DNA of 64,000 nucleotides, taken from positions 9,734,001-9,798,000 of the forward strand of contig OZ059899.1 in NCBI GenBank assembly GCA_964057225.1. The letters are read 5' to 3'. Below the pieces are notes generated by a model. It saw only the letters and a list, made by a program, of their open reading frames with translations, did no database searches and had not been told where the DNA came from. A program made the translations under genes and the position numbers. Position 1 is the stretch's first letter, and every line of letters starts with the position of its first letter. Shown here piece by piece: positions 58,677-64,000 of this stretch. The DNA is from Auanema rhodensis. Lineage: Eukaryota > Animalia > Nematoda.

Positions 58677-61600
58677 TAAATTTTTTTCATTTCACTTGTC
58701 ATTTATAAAAATCGAATTTATCTTCTTCAACGATTATTTTTGCAATGTGTCATAAGAATTTTATAGTTGAACAAAACGTTTTTTAAGAAGTTTTTTTGTT
58801 GTCAACATATATATTTTCCTGGAATTCGAAAGCATTTGGGATGGAAATTAGAAAGAAAAGAACTAGTTTTTCCTAGTTTAAAACAAACAATAAGAAATAA
58901 AATGAAAAAGATTGTTAGATATCCAATTTAAACTTATACATTTACTTCGATAAAGAGCCTATTAGTTTGAAATTTTATGTCTTACAGTTCTCCAACAGAA
59001 CAGACTGATCCTGATTTCTCTATGATTACATAAAACTCTCGTTTGATATACAAAATAGAGAGGAATAACGTTTCCAGGATATCAATGATATCAAATCTAG
59101 TGATATTGTAGAAAAATGTAATGTCAGCTCCATAGTTTTTCTCTTAATTTCTCTCATCACAATAGTCTTAGTTTTTTTTCATAAGAGTTTCTGAAATCTT
59201 AGTTGAACAAGGCAGTATATATTTTTTTCTGGAATTCGAAAGCATTTGGGATGTAAATTAGAAAGAAAAGAACTAGTTTTTCCTACTTTAAAACAAACAA
59301 TAAGAAATAAAATGAAAAAGATTGTTAGATATCCAATTTAAACTTATACATTTACTTCGATAAAGAGCCTATTAGTTTGAAATTTTATGTCTTACAGTTC
59401 TCCAACAGAACAGACTGATCCTGATTTCTCTATGATTACATAAAACTCTCGTTTGATATACAAAAAGGAGAGGAATAACGTTTCCAGGATATCAATGATA
59501 TCGAATCTAGTGTTATTGTAGAAAAATGTAATGTCAGCTCCATAGGTTTTCTCTTAATTTCTCTCATCACAATAGTCTTAGTTTTTTTTCATAAGAGTTT
59601 CTGAAATCTTAGTTGGACAAGGCAGTATATATTTTTTTCTGGAATTCGAAAGCATTTGGGATGAAAATTAGAAAGAAAAGAACTAGTTTTTCCTACTTTA
59701 AAACAAACAATAAGAAATAAAATGAAAAAGATTGTTAGATATCCAATTTAAACTTATACATTTACTTCGATAAAGAGCCTATTAGTTTGAAATTTTATGT
59801 CTTACAGTTCTCCAACAGAACAGACTGATCCTGATTTCTCTATGATTACATAAAACTCTCGTTTGATATACAAAAAGGAGAGGAATAACGTTTCCAGGAT
59901 ATCAATGATATCGAATCTAGTGATATTGTAGAAAAATGTAATGTCAGCTCCATAGTTTTTCTCTTAATTTCTCTCATCACAATAGTCTTAGTTTTTTTTC
60001 ATAAGAGTTTCTGGAATCTTAGTTGAACAAGGCAGTATATGATTTTTTCTGGAATTCGAAAGCATTTGGGATGGAAATTAGAAAGAAAAGAACTAGTTTT
60101 TCCTACTTTAAAACAAACAATAAGAAATAAAGTGAAAAAGATTGTTAGATATCCAATTTAAACTTATACATTTACTTCGATAAAGAGCCTATTAGTTTGA
60201 AATTTTATGTCTTACAGTTCTCCAACAGAACAGACTGATCCTGATTTCTCTATGATTACATAAAACTCTCGTTTGATATACAAGAAGGAGAGGAATAACG
60301 TTTCCAGGATATCAATGATATCGAATCTAGTGATATTGTAGAAAAATGTAATGTCAGCTCCATAGTTTTTCTCTTAATTTCTCTTATCACAATAGTCTTA
60401 GTTTTTTTTCATAAGAGTTTCTGAAATCTTAGTTGAACAAGGCAGTATATATTTTTTCCTGGAATTCGAAAGCATTTGGGATGGAAATTAGAAAGAAAAG
60501 AACTAGTTTTTCCTACTTTAAAACAAACAATAAGAAATAAAATGAAAAAGATTGTTAGATATCCAATTTAAACTTATACATTTACTTCGATAAAGAGCCT
60601 ATTAGTTTGAAATTTCATGTCTTACAGTTCTCCAACAGAACAGACTGATCCTGATTTCTCTATGATTACATAAAACTCTCGTTTGATATACAAAAAGGAG
60701 AGGAATAACGTTTCCAGGATATCAATGATATCGAATCTAGTGATATTGTAAAAAAATGTAATGTCAGCTCCATAGTTTTTCTCTTAATTTCTCTCATCAC
60801 AATAGTCTTAGTTTTTTTTTCATAAGAGTTTCTGAAATCTTAGTTGAACAAGGCAGTATATATTTTTTTCTGGAATTCGAAAGCATTTGGGATGGAAATT
60901 AGAAAGAAAAGAACTAGTTTTTCCTACTTTAAAACAAACAATAAGAAATAAAATGAAAAAGATTGTTAGATATCCAATTTAAACTTATACATTTACTTCG
61001 ATAAAGAGCCTATTAGTTTGAAATTTCATGTCTTACAGTTCTCCAACAGAACAGACTGATCCTGATTTCTCTATGATTACATAAAACTCTCGTTTGATAT
61101 ACAAAAAGGAGAGGAATAACGTTTCCAGGATATCAATGATATCGAATCTAGTGATATTGTAAAAAAATGTAATGTCAGCTCCATAGTTTTTCTCTTAATT
61201 TCTCTCATCACAATAGTCTTAGTTTTTTTTTCATAAGAGTTTCTGAAATCTTAGTTGAACAAGGCAGTATATATTTTTTTCTGGAATTCGAAAGCATTTG
61301 GGATGGAAATTAGAAAGAAAAGAACTAGTTTTTCCTACTTTAAAACAAACAATAAGAAATAAAATGAAAAAGATGGTTAGATATCCAATTTAAACTTATA
61401 CATTTACTTCGATAAAGAGCCTATTAGTTTGAAATTTTATGTCTTACAGTTCTCCAACAGAACAGACTGATCCTGATTTCTCTATGATTACATAAAACTC
61501 TCGTTTGATATACAAGAAGGAGAGGAATAACGTTTCCAGGATATCAATGATATCGAATCTAGTGATATTGTAGAAAAATGTAATGTCAGCTCCATAGTTT

Positions 61601-64000
61601 TTCTCTTAATTTCTCTTATCACAATAGTCTTAGTTTTTTTTCATAAGAGTTTCTGAAATCTTAGTTGAACAAGGCAGTATATATTTTTTCCTGGAATTCG
61701 AAAGCATTTGGGATGGAAATTAGAAAGAAAAGAACTAGTTTTTCCTACTTTAAAACAAACAATAAGAAATAAAATGAAAAAGATGGTTAGATATCCAATT
61801 TAAACTTATACATTTACTTCGATAAAGAGCCTATTAGTTTGAAATTTTATGTCTTACAGTTCTCCAACAGAACAGACTGATCCTGATTTCTCTATGATTA
61901 CATAAAACTCTCGTTTGATATACAAAAAGGAGAGGAATAACGTTTCCAGGATATCAATGATATCGAATCTAGTGATATTGTAGAAAAATGTAATGTCAGC
62001 TCCATAGTTTTTCTCTTAATTTCTCTCATCACAATAGTCTTAGTTTTTTTTCATAAGAATTTCTGGAATCTTAGTTGAACAAGGCAGTATATAATTTTTT
62101 CTGGAATTCGAAAGCATTTGGGATGGAAATTAGAAAGAAAAGAACTAGTTTTTCCTACTTTAAAACAAACAATAAGAAATAAAATGAAAAAGATTGTTAG
62201 AAATCCAATTTAAACTTATACATTTACTTTGATAAAGAGCCTATTAGTTTGAAATTTTATGTCTCACAGTTCTCCAACAGAACAGACTGATCCTGATTTC
62301 TCTATGATTACATAAAACTCTCGTTTGATATACAAAAAGGAGAGGAATAACGTTTCCAGGATATCAATGATATCGAATCTAGTGTTATTGTAGAAAAATG
62401 TAATGTCAGCTCCATAGGTTTTCTCTTAATTTCTCTCATCACAATAGTCTTAGTTTTTTTTCATAAGAGTTGTTGAAATCTTAGTTGAACAAGGCAGTAT
62501 ATATTTTTTTCTGGAATTCGAAAGCATTTGGGATGGAAATTAGAAAGAAAAGAACTAGTTTTTCCTACTTTAAAACAAACAATAAGAAATAAAATGAAAA
62601 AGATTGTTAGATATCCAATTTAAACTTATACATTTACTTCGATAAAGAGCCTATTAGTTTGAAATTTTATGTCTTACAGTTCTCCAACAGAACAGACTGA
62701 TCCTGATTTCTCTATGATTACATAAAACTCTCGTTTGATATACAAAAAGGAGAGGAATAACGTTTCCAGGATATCAATGATATCGAATCTAGTGATATTG
62801 TAAAAAAATGTAATGTCAGCTCCATAGTTTTTCTCTTAATTTCTCTCATCACAATAGTCTTAGTTTTTTTTTCATAAGAGTTTCTGAAATCTTAGTTGAA
62901 CAAGGCAGTATATATTTTTTTCTGGAATTCGAAAGCATTTGGGATGGAAATTAGAAAGAAAAGAACTAGTTTTTCCTACTTTAAAACAAACAATAAGAAA
63001 TAAAATGAAAAAGATTGTTAGATATCCTATTTAAACTTATACATTTACTTCGATAAAGAGCCTATTAGTTTGAAATTTTATGTCTCACAGTTCTCCAACA
63101 GAACAGACTGATCCTGATTTCTCTATGATTACATAAAACTCTCGTTTGATATACAAAAAGGAGAGGAATAACGTTTCCAGGATATCAATGATATCGAATC
63201 TAGTGATATTGTAGAAAAATGTAATGTCAGCTCCATAGGTTTTCTCTTAATTTCTCTCATCACAATAGTCTTAGTTTTTTTTTCATAAGAGTTGTTGAAA
63301 TCTTAGTTGAACAAGGCAGTATATATTTTTTTCTGGAATTCGAAAGCATTTGGGATGGAAATTAGAAAGAAAAGAACTAGTTTTTCCTACTTTAAAACAA
63401 ACAATAAGAAATAAAATGAAAAAGATTGTTAGATATCCAATTTAAACTTATACATTTACTTCGATAAAGAGCCTATTAGTTTGAAATTTTATGTCTTACA
63501 GTTCTCCAACAGAACAGACTGATCCTGATTTCTCTATGATTACATAAAACTCTCGTTTGATATACAAAAAGGAGAGGAATAACGTTTCCAGGATATCAAT
63601 GATATCGAATCTAGTGATATTGTAGAAAAATGTAATGTCAGCTCCATAGTTTTTCTCTTAATTTCTCTCATCACAATAGTCTTAGTTTTTTTTTCATAAG
63701 AGTTTCTGAAATCTTAGTTGAACAAGGCAGTATATATTTTTTTCTGGAATTCGAAAGCATTTGGGATGGAAATTAGAAAGAAAAGAACTAGTTTTTCCTA
63801 CTTTAAAACAAACAATAAGAAATAAAATGAAAAAGATTGTTAGATATCCAATTTAAACTTATACATTTACTTCTATAAAGAGCCTATTAGTTTGAAATTT
63901 TATGTCTTACAGTTCTCCAACAGAATAGACTGATCCTGATTTCTCTATGATTACATAAAACTCTCGTTTGATATACAAAATAGAGAGGAATAACGTTTCC

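Larger units (their letters stand above)
26912..64000 (+). repeat. tRNA-Arg-containing satellite array, main segment (continues beyond window)
   Basis: Near-identical modules: a core of about 244 bp (1-3 copies), a spacer of about 166 bp and an optional tRNA cassette of about 200 bp. Confidence 0.97.

Noticed and set aside
14529-64000. CRISPR-like or other repeat-spacer array
   Set aside because: Units are hundreds of bp and near-identical throughout, with no unique spacers and no cas genes, in a eukaryotic context.

Overview
Eukaryotic, AT-rich DNA, most likely from a nematode (inferred from the tRNA-Arg sequence and the BEL/Pao element type). It contains no host protein gene that I can support. 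(1) 1-14528 holds two diverged minus-strand Ty3/Gypsy-type LTR retroelements, here called A and B. Both have an unusual order in which Gag is followed in frame by an internal signal peptide and a class III viral-fusogen-like envelope. In B the envelope is followed by a TM segment and then protease-RT-RNaseH-integrase, i.e. gag-env-pol. Element A (<1-4399) has an uninterrupted frame and appears nested in the 3' end of the decayed element B (4400-14528). Both have a tRNA-Gln PBS and 5' LTRs ending in CG rather than CA. (2) 14529-64000 is a modular satellite of 410/610/654/853-bp units carrying 24 tRNA-Arg(ACG) genes, with higher-order duplications and only tRNA-less units after about 58.7 kb. 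(3) 18600-26911 is a young, intact BEL/Pao element (399-bp LTRs, 3 differences) with one 2428-aa Gag-Pol-Env ORF and a phlebovirus-Gn/Gc-like class II envelope, inserted at +1 of a tRNA-Arg gene. All homology calls come from motif recognition by eye, not from database searches.
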